64,000 nt of DNA from Candidatus Sulfobium sp. (lineage in GTDB: Bacteria > Nitrospirota > Thermodesulfovibrionia > Thermodesulfovibrionales > UBA6898), in the NCBI GenBank assembly GCA_037380845.1, contig JARRRI010000022.1:59163-123162 (forward strand). The letters are read 5' to 3'. Positions 18,365 through 28,264 of the stretch are shown here, in pieces. Made by a program: the position numbers and the translations under genes. Positions within the stretch are counted from its first letter, which is position 1. Each line of letters begins with the position of its first letter. A model generated the notes under the pieces. That model did no database searches. It saw only the letters and a list, made by a program, of their open reading frames with translations, and was not told the origin of the DNA.

Positions 18365-19834
18365 CTATTCGTCCTCCACCACTTCAGGCCCGCACGCCCT
18401 GCCCTTCAGGCCGAAGAAAAACTTCAGGGCTTTTTTCACCTTTTCCGAAAAAACCTTTCCGGAAAAGAAGTTCCCGACAACCTTTTTGTTGATTTCCGCA
18501 AGCGTCGGGTAGGGGTGCACCGCAGACGCAAGGGTCGAAAGCCTGACCCTGCCGTCCAGCATCGCGATCCATTCTCCTATCAGCTCCCCGGCATGAGGAC
18601 CGAGGATCTGGATGCCCAGGGGTTTTTCCTTTCCGTCGAGGAGGAGCTTTATCTTTCCGACCTCCTCTGCTTCGGCAAGGCTCCTGTCATTGGACCGGAA
18701 TTCCTCCGTCCAGACCGAATATTCGATCCCGGCCTTTTTTGCCGCCTTCTCGTTCATGCCTATGCTTGCAAGTTCCGGGTCCGTAAAGGTGACCCAGGGG
18801 AAATTGGTATAGTCAACTTTTCTGGGCAGACGGAGGACGGAATTGCTCAGCACTATACTCCCCTCGTAGCCGGCCGCATGGGTGAAAAGATATTGTCCGG
18901 TCACGTCGCCGGCCCCGTAAATATGCTTGTGGTTGGTCCTCAGGCGGCTGTCGACCTTCAGGCCGTGTCTGTCGCAATCCACAGATATTTCCTGCAATCC
19001 GAAACGATCGATATTGGGCTTTCTGCCCGTCGCCACAAGTATGGCGTCGGCCTTCAGACTGTGTACCTGGCCTTCGCCGTTTCTGATGACGACCTCTTTT
19101 TGGCCGCCGAGGTCCCGGGTGCTGAGAGTAGTTGAATCCAGATAGAACGACATGCCCTCCCCGGCGAGGACTTTCATGATCCGGTCGGCCATGTCCCTGT
19201 CTTCCTTGTTGAGGATCTGATCGCCGCGCTCGATGAGCGTTACCTTCGTGCCCAGCCTGCTGAATGCCTGTGCAAACTCGATGGCTATCGGACCTGCGCC
19301 GATGGTGATCATGGTCTTCGGCAGGCTTTCGAGGGAAAATATTTCCTTGTTCGTGATGTAAGGTGTCCTGTCGAGGCCCTCTATGGGCGGGACAGAGGGG
19401 GAAGAGCCCGACGAGATGACCCAGTTCTTTGCGGAATAAGTCTTGCCGTTAACCCTGACTGAATGCTCATCGACGAAACAGCCGTCCCCGAACTCGACTT
19501 TCACGCCCAGTCCGCAGAAACGTTCCTTCGAATCATGCTTCTGTATAAGGCCGATTACGTACTGTATCCTCTTAGCCACTTCCCTGTAATCGACAGGCTT
19601 CGGATCGACGCGCGGAAGTCCGAACTTCTCCGCATTCTTCATCAGGTGGTAAACACGGGCCGTCCTGATAAGGGTCTTGCTGGGTACGCAACCGAAATGA
19701 AGGCAGTCGCCTCCCAGTTCTTTCCATTTTTCGATAAGCAGCGTCCTGCCCCCGAACCGTGCGGCTCCGGCTGCAACCGTGAGGCCCGCCGCCCCTCCGC
19801 CGAGGATGCCTATATCAAAATCGTACCCGGCCAT
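18365..19834 (-). CDS. Class I pyridine nucleotide-disulfide oxidoreductase (Lpd/MerA-like)
   Basis: GGGAAG, GGDCLHFGCVPSK, GAGPIA.E, GDV, HPYPT. Confidence 0.92.
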   Translation of the reverse strand: MAGYDFDIGILGGGAAGLTVAAGAARFGGRTLLIEKWKELGGDCLHFGCVPSKTLIRTARVYHLMKNAEKFGLPRVDPKPVDYREVAKRIQYVIGLIQKHDSKERFCGLGVKVEFGDGCFVDEHSVRVNGKTYSAKNWVISSGSSPSVPPIEGLDRTPYITNKEIFSLESLPKTMITIGAGPIAIEFAQAFSRLGTKVTLIERGDQILNKEDRDMADRIMKVLAGEGMSFYLDSTTLSTRDLGGQKEVVIRNGEGQVHSLKADAILVATGRKPNIDRFGLQEISVDCDRHGLKVDSRLRTNHKHIYGAGDVTGQYLFTHAAGYEGSIVLSNSVLRLPRKVDYTNFPWVTFTDPELASIGMNEKAAKKAGIEYSVWTEEFRSNDRSLAEAEEVGKIKLLLDGKEKPLGIQILGPHAGELIGEWIAMLDGRVRLSTLASAVHPYPTLAEINKKVVGNFFSGKVFSEKVKKALKFFFGLKGRACGPEVVEDE

Positions 19835-19858
19835 TCCACCTCCTTCGTTGAAATGATA

Positions 19859-20550
19859 TCATGCCTGCCTGTTCTTTTTCGATCTGAGCAGGGCGACTGT
19901 TTTCTTCGCCGCGATGGGGAATATTCCGAGCAGCGCAAAAGAGATGATCAGGCCCGGGGAAAAAATGCCTGAAAGCGACTCGATCTGTCCCAGTTCCTTG
20001 CCGGCATTGACATATACGATCGTACCCGGGATCATGCCCAGCTGCGAGACCCAGTAAAACCTGCGCAGGGGCATCCGCGTAAGCCCCATCACCAGGTTTA
20101 TCAGCCAGAAAGGGAAAACGGGGACCAGCCTGAGGGTGAAAAGATAAAAGGCGCCTTCCCTCTCTATCCCTTCGTTCACGCGTTTCAGTTTTTCACCGAA
20201 CCTGCTCTGCACCCAGTCCCTCAGCACGAACCTGGCGGCAAAACAGGCCAGGGTGGCGCCGATGCTGCTGGCAAAGGACACGACGATCGTTCCGGTCCAC
20301 AGGCCGAAGAGCGCGCCCCCGGCGATGGTGAGCGCCGCGGCGCCGGGAAGCGAAAGGGAGGTGACCAGGATGTAGGCCCCCATGAAAGCTGCGATTACCG
20401 AAAAACGATGGGCGGCATAAAGGGTTTCGAACCTTTCCCTGGAGGACTTGATATAGGCGAGGCTGAAATAATCCTGCAGGTTCAGAAATTTAAAGAGGAG
20501 GATCGCCCCGATGATAAGCCCGAAAATGCTATAAGTCTCTGAGTCGTCAT
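19859..20550 (-). CDS. TVP38/TMEM64 (DedA-like) membrane protein; 5' end frameshifted or truncated
   Basis: SLPGA, GALFG, GAT.A...ARF, LRLVP.FPF..IN, G.IPGT; the frame stays open upstream of 20383 but has no start; ATG 20550 is out of frame. Confidence 0.8.
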
Positions 20551-20643
20551 TCCCGAGGTATCAGTCGGGAACCCATTTTCATAACATCAAGAAAACATGG
20601 ATGCCCGCCCCTGGCTGCCGGCAGGCAGGTTTGCGGGTATAAC
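20546..20643. repeat. Family-A REP-like element
   Basis: GTCATTCCCGAGG..TCGGGAACCC...TGGATGCCCG..CTGCCGGCAGGCAGG..GCGGGTATAAC. Confidence 0.75.
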
Positions 20644-20829
20644 GCACACAAGGTCTTCTTGATCCGCCCTCGTAATCATCCAGCCTTCCCTTTCCGTGGA
20701 AAGAAAATCTCTAATTCTCCCGGGATAACGCTCCCGCTTTCGGCCCCTCTTCAGATAAGCGGGAGAGAGGGGAGTCATGGTCCGGACAGAGAGCAGGGAG
20801 ATTTTCCGGAGATGTCGTGCAATGCCCGG

Positions 20830-21795
20830 TCATCCGCTCTTCAGCAACTGCCTCCCAAAAAAAGCGCCTCCCCACAGGCCGCTGTTTTCGTCCTTCACCA
20901 GAAATACCGGCACCTTGCTGAGCAGATGGGCAAGAGTGTCCGAGCTTCTGAACTCCAGCTCGAAATCCTTGCCGGTGACCAGTTCAGGTATTCTTGCCGC
21001 AACCCCGCCCGCGATGTAAAGTCCGCCCAGGGCGAGGGTCTCCAGGACGAAGTTTCGGCAGGCCCGGCCGTAAAACTTCGACATCCATCCTGATGTCTCC
21101 GGATGCTCAACTATCCTTTCGGCCACCTCCTCGGGCTTCAGCCTCTCCCCGTTCAGAAACTGGTGGATATAACTGAGGCCCCTCCCGGAGACGACGATGT
21201 TGCCCGTAATATATTTGTCTCTTCTTTCTCTCAGGAGAAACTCCTGGAACTGACACTCCTGCTGCGAGACAAAGGGAAAATTCGCATGCCCCCCCTCCGA
21301 GGGCAAGGCGATGTAGCCGCCCTTGCCGTCCTGTATGAGGACGGCCTTTCCCAATCCCGTGCCCGCGCCTATAGCACCGATTGCGGCCCCCGGCGCCGCT
21401 TCCCCCGGGAGTACCTCCTCGGCGGCCTCTCCGGCCGGGGTGCGGCAGGCATATGCCTGGGCCACGAAGTCGTTGATCAGCGCCGACCTTTTGAAATTGT
21501 GCTCCTCCCGGGCGTTCGAGAGGTCTATGGTCCATGATATGAAAGGAGGAGAGCTCTTTACCCCGGCCTCTATCGGTCCGGCTATGGCAATAACGACTAT
21601 ATCGGCCTCCTCGGGTCTCAGAGACGCCCCGCTCTCCCGCAGCTTATCGAGCAGTTCTCCGAAGGACCGGACGTCCGTCGTTTTCAGCCATTTGACCTCA
21701 ATCAGCTTCAGGCCGCCATCAGAGTCGGCAGTGAAGTGGGCAAAACGGCTGTGGGTGCCTCCGATGTCGGCGCTGAGAATATTCCAATCCGGCAT
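20830..21795 (-). CDS. glk: Glucokinase
   Basis: ADIGGT..RF, IAGP, LINDF.A, GAGTGLG, SEGGH, SGRG, GG.YIAGG. Confidence 0.92.
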   Translation of the reverse strand: MPDWNILSADIGGTHSRFAHFTADSDGGLKLIEVKWLKTTDVRSFGELLDKLRESGASLRPEEADIVVIAIAGPIEAGVKSSPPFISWTIDLSNAREEHNFKRSALINDFVAQAYACRTPAGEAAEEVLPGEAAPGAAIGAIGAGTGLGKAVLIQDGKGGYIALPSEGGHANFPFVSQQECQFQEFLLRERRDKYITGNIVVSGRGLSYIHQFLNGERLKPEEVAERIVEHPETSGWMSKFYGRACRNFVLETLALGGLYIAGGVAARIPELVTGKDFELEFRSSDTLAHLLSKVPVFLVKDENSGLWGGAFFGRQLLKSG

Positions 21796-21933
21796 ATTGT
21801 TAATGATATCACTTTATCAGGGGGTTTAGAACCGGAAAGCCGCAGATCCGGGCAAAATTGCGGGTTATGCTAAATCCGAATGATGGAATTGTGACATGAA
21901 GTCGGCTCCTGGTCAGCCTGCTATAATGTACCC

Positions 21934-22767
21934 ATGAGCATTTCGAAGAGGAGGCTCGGAAAGACAGGCGTCGACATCACCATTCTCGGCCTTGGAGGCG
22001 AAGGGGTCCTGAGGACGTATGGTTACGACAAACAGGCGTATGAGCTGATCAACAAGGCCATAGACCTCGGCATTACCTATTTCGAATCGGCGAGGGCGTA
22101 TTCCGGAAGCGAGTCTTATTACGGCAAGGCCCTCGGGAAAAGGAGAAAAGAGATCTTCCTGGCGAGCAAATCCCATGCAAGAGACAAAAAGGGGGCCCTT
22201 CAGCACCTGCGCGAGACTCTGGAGAACATGAAGACAGACCATCTGGATCTCTGGCAGGTTCATGATATGAGGACCGAAGAGGAAGTAGAGGAGATATTCG
22301 GTCCCGGGGGAGCGCTGGAGGCATTCCGGGAGGCAAGGGAAAAAGGTCTGGTGAGGTTTATCGGTATCACGGGACACCACGATCCGGCCGTTCTTCTGAG
22401 GTGCATGAAACGTTTTCATTTCGATACCGTGCTCATTCCCGTAAATCCCGCGGAGCCGGCCTACAGGAGTTTCATAGAGGAAGTAATACCGGTTGCCAAA
22501 GAAAAGGGAACGGGTATCGTCGGGATGAAGGTCTATCTCCGGGGCCTCGCGACAAGGTCGCCCGGCTTTACGTCCCTTGAGCCTTTTTACAGGTACGCAC
22601 TTTCCCAGCCCATAACCACGGCGGTCATCGGCTGCGACGACATCGAACAACTGAAAGAGAATGTCAGGCTCGCCATATCCTTCGAGACCATGTCTGCCGG
22701 GGAACAGAGGAAATTGTCAGATGCGGTTTCCCCTTATGCCGGGCAACTAATGTATTACAAGCCATGA
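21934..22767 (+). CDS. Aldo/keto reductase
   Basis: RRLGKTG, GITYFESARAY..SE, DHLDLWQ.H, IGITGH, GMK; TGcTATAAT 6 nt upstream. Confidence 0.9.
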   Translation: MSISKRRLGKTGVDITILGLGGEGVLRTYGYDKQAYELINKAIDLGITYFESARAYSGSESYYGKALGKRRKEIFLASKSHARDKKGALQHLRETLENMKTDHLDLWQVHDMRTEEEVEEIFGPGGALEAFREAREKGLVRFIGITGHHDPAVLLRCMKRFHFDTVLIPVNPAEPAYRSFIEEVIPVAKEKGTGIVGMKVYLRGLATRSPGFTSLEPFYRYALSQPITTAVIGCDDIEQLKENVRLAISFETMSAGEQRKLSDAVSPYAGQLMYYKP

Positions 22768-22834
22768 TCTGCAAAGGGAAGGATTCTCACCGTAGTCGGC
22801 GAGCAATGAGGAATAATTATGGTGATGGAATTTT

Positions 22835-24160
22835 TCACAATCTCATGTCCTGAGCGCTATGTTTGCCATGGCCGGTCGCTCTTTTCAGGGGCTTAAGAAA
22901 GGCAAAGAACGCAAGGCCGGCGGCAAACGGCAGGGCCGCCATCAGCAGAAAGAAATTCTCCTTCGGCATCTTCTCCCAGAATGTCCCCAGATAGCCCGAC
23001 AGGTAGTTTCCAAAGAAGCTTGAAAGGAACCAGACACCCATCATCATCGATACGATCCGGACCGGAGACAGTTTGGTCACGAGGGAGAGGCCGATAGGAG
23101 AAAAATATATCTCCCCGATCGTGAGCACAAAGGCGCAGGCTGCCAGCCACAAGAGACTTGCCCTGGGACTGACCGCCAGCTCCCGGGCCGGAGCAATCAG
23201 TACCAGGAAAGCGGCGGCGAGCAGCATGCAGCCGGTTCCCATCTTGGCGATGCTCGAAGGTTCTTTCCCACGGCGGGCCTGCCTGCCCCAGAGCATGTTC
23301 AGCGCAGGAACGAAAATGAAGATCATGAGCGGATTGAAGGATTGAAACCAGGAGGCCGGCATCTCCCAGCCGAAGATCATCCGGTCCGTATGGGCGTCGG
23401 CCCAGAGGGCAAGCGTGTTACCCTGCTGCTCGTATACACTCCAGAAGAGTATGCTCAGGGTCATCATGATAAAGATCGCTCCTATCTTCAGCCAGTCCTC
23501 ACGCGTCAACGGATCCGAGGATTTACGTTTTCCGGCTTCCCGTTTTTGCATTACGGGGTCGGGGGCTAGGTGCTTCCGGCCTCTCAGATAAATGAGGAGC
23601 CCGATCACCATGCCGACGCCCGCGGCACCAAAGCCCCAGTGAAACCCGATCTTCTCTCCGAGGGTCCCGCAGACGAGGGGCGAAAAGAACGCTCCGAGAT
23701 TGATGCCCATATAGAATATGCTGAAGGCCCGGTCGCGGCGATTATCGCCGGGAGGATAGAGGGCCCCGACCTGTGTCGAGATATTAGGCTTGAAGGCGCC
23801 GTTTCCGAGGATCAGAAAGATGAGCGCCGGGAAAAGCAGGCGGTCTGCCGTCATAAGGAAATGTCCGGCAGCCATCAGCACCGCTCCGACGATCACGGTC
23901 CGCCGCTGGCCAAGCAGGCGGTCCGCCAAAATGCCGCCCAGGAGCGGAGTGAAGTAGACAAAGCCGGTATAGAGTCCGTAAATTTCGGAAGACCGTTCCT
24001 GCGTAAACTGCAGGTGCTTGATCATGTAGTAGACCAGCAGCGACCGCATTCCGTAATACGAAAATCTCTCCCACATTTCGGTAAAGAAGAGGACATAGAG
24101 TCCGGTGGGATGTCTCGTGCGTCCTGCTCTTTGTCCGGTTAATTCGATCGTGTCGCGCAA
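22835..24160 (-). CDS. POT/PTR proton-dependent oligopeptide transporter
   Basis: EMWERFSYYG, GG..AD..LG, FKPN, FY..IN.G, YEQ, GE...SP.GLS. Confidence 0.95.
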   Translation of the reverse strand: MRDTIELTGQRAGRTRHPTGLYVLFFTEMWERFSYYGMRSLLVYYMIKHLQFTQERSSEIYGLYTGFVYFTPLLGGILADRLLGQRRTVIVGAVLMAAGHFLMTADRLLFPALIFLILGNGAFKPNISTQVGALYPPGDNRRDRAFSIFYMGINLGAFFSPLVCGTLGEKIGFHWGFGAAGVGMVIGLLIYLRGRKHLAPDPVMQKREAGKRKSSDPLTREDWLKIGAIFIMMTLSILFWSVYEQQGNTLALWADAHTDRMIFGWEMPASWFQSFNPLMIFIFVPALNMLWGRQARRGKEPSSIAKMGTGCMLLAAAFLVLIAPARELAVSPRASLLWLAACAFVLTIGEIYFSPIGLSLVTKLSPVRIVSMMMGVWFLSSFFGNYLSGYLGTFWEKMPKENFFLLMAALPFAAGLAFFAFLKPLKRATGHGKHSAQDMRL

Positions 24161-24468
24161 AGCACCAAACCTGTGGCAATGACGTTAACAGCTCCGTCCT
24201 CCTGTAGAAAGAAGTGTGACCAAAAGAGATTGCCAGGATGTCTGTTTCAAGTATAGCACCGCTTTAAAAAAAGGCTGAGGGGTCTGACTTGTGTGAATAC
24301 CCCGCGCTGGTGGGAATAAGAACTTCTGGGACAGGAGACCTACTTTCAGTTGAGGCATATAAGCGGCTCTTTTAATGAAGCAATTTTGACCGCAAGAACC
24401 GGATAGTGCCGGGAATGGCGGGCGCGATATACTATCTTTAGAATTAGAATTTATTAAAGGAGGCCGGA

Positions 24469-25533
24469 GTGGACCCAGCGGTTGGCAAGGATTGGTGGAA
24501 GGCCGTGCAGTCGCGCGACAGACGATTCGACGAAAGCTTTGTGTATGCAGTGCGCTCAACTGGTATCTATTGCCGTCCATCCTGCGCCGCCAAGCGTCCA
24601 AAACCGGACCAGGTGATCTTTTTCAAGGTTCCGGCGGAGGCTAAGGCTGCGGGGTTCCGCCCCTGTCTTCGCTGCAGACCTGATGAGGCGCCGATCCCGG
24701 ACGAAAAGGCTGAGACGGCACGGCGCCTTTGCAGGTTCATTGAAAAATACGACTCAACTGACAGACCGCTTACACTGAAAGTCATGGGTGAGCACATGAG
24801 CATCGGACCCTGCCATCTTCAGCGCATCTTCAAGCAGGTCATGGGCATCAGCCCCGGGCAGTATGCCGATGCATGCCGTCTGAACCGGCTGAAGGCGCTT
24901 GTCAGGAAGGGGAAGACGGTGACCCATGCGCTTTACGAATCGGGATACAGCTCCAGCAGCCGCCTATATGAAGACGCTGCGTCACGGCTGGGGATGACGC
25001 CGGGTACGTATCTCCGAAGAGGCGAGGGCGTCGAGATCGGATTTACGCTCGTCGATTGCCCCCTCGGCAGGATGCTTGTGGCCGCCACGGACAAAGGCCT
25101 CTGTGCGGTAAGCATCGGAGACTCCGATGAAGCGCTCATAACCGCTCTTCATGATGAATATCCTGCGGCCGGGATACACAGAGACCGGGCAGGTCTTTCC
25201 GAATACATTACCGCCCTCCTCGGATACTTTGGTGGAAAACAGCCGAGTCCTGGCCTCCCTCTTCACCTTCAGGTCACCGCGTTTCAGTGGAAGGTCTATG
25301 AAGTCTTGAGGGCCATTCCTTTCGGTCAAACCCGTACCTACGAAGAGATTGCCAGGGCGATAGGATCTCCAGGAGCGGCCCGTGCCGTTGGCCGCGCCTG
25401 CGCGAGAAATCCCGTGGCTGTCGTGATTCCCTGCCACCGGGTTGTCAGAAAAGACGGAACCCCCGGCGACTATCGCTGGGGCATCAAAAACAAAAAGGCA
25501 CTTCTTGGAAGGGAACGCGGGCGAGCTTCCTGA
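24469..25533 (+). CDS. ada: Bifunctional transcriptional activator / O6-methylguanine-DNA methyltransferase
   Basis: TGIYCRPSC, RPCLRC Zn site, AraC HTH, IPCHRV. Confidence 0.95.
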   Translation: MDPAVGKDWWKAVQSRDRRFDESFVYAVRSTGIYCRPSCAAKRPKPDQVIFFKVPAEAKAAGFRPCLRCRPDEAPIPDEKAETARRLCRFIEKYDSTDRPLTLKVMGEHMSIGPCHLQRIFKQVMGISPGQYADACRLNRLKALVRKGKTVTHALYESGYSSSSRLYEDAASRLGMTPGTYLRRGEGVEIGFTLVDCPLGRMLVAATDKGLCAVSIGDSDEALITALHDEYPAAGIHRDRAGLSEYITALLGYFGGKQPSPGLPLHLQVTAFQWKVYEVLRAIPFGQTRTYEEIARAIGSPGAARAVGRACARNPVAVVIPCHRVVRKDGTPGDYRWGIKNKKALLGRERGRAS

Positions 25534-25706
25534 ATTAGCATTCGCGTCTTACATGTACTGGGTTCAGACAGGATCACTGCTTGCCCCTGCTCAGAAGAAA
25601 GACATCGCTTCTCACAGTATCCCTCACGGGGAATAAGGCTGAGAACGCTGAGGAGTACAGATGAAAATTCTTGCCGATGGATAGAGAGGAGGTTAATGGA
25701 AATCTG

Positions 25707-26722
25707 GGGGACGTTGTTGCTAATTGTGCTTTGTGGCGTGATATGCCTTCTCCACCCTCTCAATCGCGCGGGTAATGCTCGATGTATTCACCCCGACGTG
25801 TCGTGCTATCTCCGCCGAGGATAGCCCAAGTTCATCCCTGCTCCTGACCGCGATGAGTGACCGAGCGTCACTTACCTTGCGCCGCTTGCTTCCTCCCATT
25901 AATTCCGCAGGGCTTATTCCAGCCTCGCGACACTCTTCGTTGATTATCATCTGAATTGTTCGACCGGCCCGTCTGTGTTTAAGTTGCCTCAACTGTCGAT
26001 CTTCCGCCTCTTTAAGGACCTTGCTGACAAAGTCACCCCCGCCCAAGATGCGTTCATCGAATTCTTCTATCTGTCCCCTCCTTCGCAAGGCCAGAACCTG
26101 TGACCATCCCCCCTGGCTCCTGATGAGTCCCCCGCCCGTCAGTTCCTTACTCTCTCCCTCGCTGCTTCCTTCTCTCATGAATTTCCGATATGCATGAAGA
26201 GCCTTCCGACGGGAACTGCCAAACTGGGCCAGAACGTGGTCGGTATCCATCCAGGGTCTATCGGATTTACCAACCATGTCACGATGGCCGCCCCACGGAT
26301 AATGGTCCAATTCTTCCATGGTCTTGACGACCTTAGTCCTAAGAGGATTCAAATGGATGTAGCGGACAAGGGCCAAAAGGTAGTTGTCTTCTTCGCAGAG
26401 AACTGATTTGTATCTGTTTTCAAAGAGGTGTCCGGTGCGATGATGCCGGCGGTTATAGTACTGCGCGTACCACGTGAGCAGTCTTCTCATGACCGAGGAT
26501 ATCCCCTCTTTTCCGCTCTTAAAAAGAATATGAACGTGATTGCTCATGAGGACCCAAGCGTAGACTGTACATTTACCCTCAATTACATGCTGCCCCAGCC
26601 GCTCCAGAAAACGGGTCTTGTCCTCAGTGTCTTCGAAAATCTCGGCCTTATTGATACCCCGAACCATAATATGAATCCCCCTTCCTTGTCAAGCGAAATG
26701 CACTTATAGAAACAACGTCCCC
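25707..26722 (-). mobile_element. RAYT-like Y1 (HUH) transposase element bounded by terminal inverted repeats
   Basis: GGGGACGTTGTTGCTA (25707-25722) and TAGAAACAACGTCCCC (26707-26722), 15/16 match, enclosing the transposase gene. Confidence 0.8.
25720..26667 (-). CDS. REP-associated tyrosine transposase-like protein with C-terminal DnaA-C-like HTH; N-terminus probably truncated
   Basis: (HI)MVRG, LMSNHVH (HUH), GHLFE.RYKS, YIHLNP, C-term S.AEIAR..G. Confidence 0.9.
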   Translation of the reverse strand: MVRGINKAEIFEDTEDKTRFLERLGQHVIEGKCTVYAWVLMSNHVHILFKSGKEGISSVMRRLLTWYAQYYNRRHHRTGHLFENRYKSVLCEEDNYLLALVRYIHLNPLRTKVVKTMEELDHYPWGGHRDMVGKSDRPWMDTDHVLAQFGSSRRKALHAYRKFMREGSSEGESKELTGGGLIRSQGGWSQVLALRRRGQIEEFDERILGGGDFVSKVLKEAEDRQLRQLKHRRAGRTIQMIINEECREAGISPAELMGGSKRRKVSDARSLIAVRSRDELGLSSAEIARHVGVNTSSITRAIERVEKAYHATKHN

Positions 26723-27158
26723 TTTATCCTAACTGCGATTAAGTCGGTGGACCTGAGATCAACGGCGCGGCAGAATTGCCTGCCAGGAATTTCGCTTGTT
26801 ATAGGACATAACACACGTCGTCGATTAGATGAGCTCTTTTTATAGAATGCCAGTTGAAACAAACGTCACAGCGATGTCCTGTGGCCCCGAGTTCAATACG
26901 CTATCTCTGTAATGGCCGCATCTGCATGTCCGCGCATTTGGGGATAAACTCTTCAAGAGTTGCAGTTCCAGATAACTGAGGACTCTCAGTCAGAACATCC
27001 CTTACACTTTCCAACATGTCACACTTGATTGAGGATCAGGAAAATATGGGCCGTGTATGGGAAGTTGCCAACTTAAACAACATATCCGATGTCTTCGTAT
27101 GGAGTCGGAGACACTGCTATCAAGTGTCCTCCAACCCTATTCTCTCTTCGCTAGCTGC

Positions 27159-27467
27159 CTATCCAATTGTCAGATTGACAACTTTGTCGACCTCGCATAT
27201 TTCCCTTGAGGGCTCAGAGGCGAAGTTGTCACTCAGCCTGGCCACCCATTCTTTGTAATATCCGCTTGCTTCGCTGGCTATAATGTCTTCTTCCGTCTCC
27301 CAAAGGGCGACCGACGTGGCTTTCCCCGTGTTGGGGTCTGTGAGCAGCATGCCTGCCTTGAACCCCTTGAGTTTCTTTGCCCCGGGGACAACGAACTCAT
27401 CAAACAAACGAACGACGTTATCTCTCCTGCCCGGCTTGATTTGAAATGTTACGACTTTTGCATGCAT
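27159..27467 (-). CDS. Antibiotic-biosynthesis monooxygenase (ABM) family protein
   Basis: IKPG, P.....GF, S..LWET; AAGGAG RBS. Confidence 0.8.
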   Translation of the reverse strand: MHAKVVTFQIKPGRRDNVVRLFDEFVVPGAKKLKGFKAGMLLTDPNTGKATSVALWETEEDIIASEASGYYKEWVARLSDNFASEPSREICEVDKVVNLTIG

Positions 27468-27695
27468 TGCCCCGTCTCCTTTACTGCATGGTTAATTAAA
27501 TAGAAAAGGAACCTTCCTGCTTAATCCATAACACAGAACCGGCCTGTTGTCCAGTGACTTTCGAGCAGCCAGGCTTACAGGGAACAGGGAATAGAGAACC
27601 GAAAAAGGGGACAGGGCTGCCTCATTGCAGCTCGGATTGCCATGTCACGCATCATAAGTTAAACTGGTCGAGGGCAGCGTGCAGGGGGCCGAAAA

Positions 27696-28235
27696 ATGTC
27701 TCAATATACAGGAAGAAAGAAAGAGATCGTGTTGATCGGGGATTCTCTTACCGAGTTTTTCGATTGGCAGGGAAGGTTCCCCTCTCACCGGGTCCTGAAT
27801 CTCGGGATTGCGGGGGAGCCGGTGGAAGGTCTCCTCGGCCGTATGTCCGATATACGCACCGCCATAGTGCGGGCCGACCTCGTCTTCGTGATGACCGGGA
27901 TAAACAATATCGCGATGGAAGATTACGACATAATTCCCAGATACGAGAAGGTGCTGGACACACTCGTTTCCGATTCTGCCGGTGCGGAGATCGTTATCCA
28001 AAGCATTCTCCCTGTGCGCCTGCCCTGGGTGGATAACGCAGAGATAGAGAAAATCAACTCGGATCTTGAGAAGACTGCTCGAGGGATGAAGGTCCGTTAC
28101 TTCGACATATACCATCTCTTTGTCGATGCAGGGGGCAACCCTGTCAGAGAATACCTGTCCGAAGACGGGGTGCACCTCAGCGCCCGCGGCTATGAAGTCT
28201 GGTCAGGCGCCATCGAAAAAGAATTTTCATTATAG
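27696..28235 (+). CDS. SGNH/GDSL hydrolase
   Basis: GDSLT, NLGIAG, GINN, DGVH. Confidence 0.92.
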   Translation: MSQYTGRKKEIVLIGDSLTEFFDWQGRFPSHRVLNLGIAGEPVEGLLGRMSDIRTAIVRADLVFVMTGINNIAMEDYDIIPRYEKVLDTLVSDSAGAEIVIQSILPVRLPWVDNAEIEKINSDLEKTARGMKVRYFDIYHLFVDAGGNPVREYLSEDGVHLSARGYEVWSGAIEKEFSL

Positions 28236-28264
28236 GCAGAAGGAGAAGTGCGGTAAAATGAAAT

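Noticed and set aside
18365..19834. Mercuric reductase merA
   Set aside because: No C-terminal Cys-Cys pair, no N-terminal metal-binding domain, and no mer genes nearby
24380..24400. Ada-box-like AAT...GCAA upstream of ada
   Set aside because: Spacing is 7 nt rather than the 6 nt I recall for E. coli; too short to support
26727..26810. attC-like pair (CCTAAC...GTTATAGG) beside the transposase
   Set aside because: No integron integrase in the window, no clear inner L boxes, and no regular cassette array
26820..27150. Short ORFs in the lower-GC spacer
   Set aside because: No recognisable motifs or RBS; probably decayed remnants
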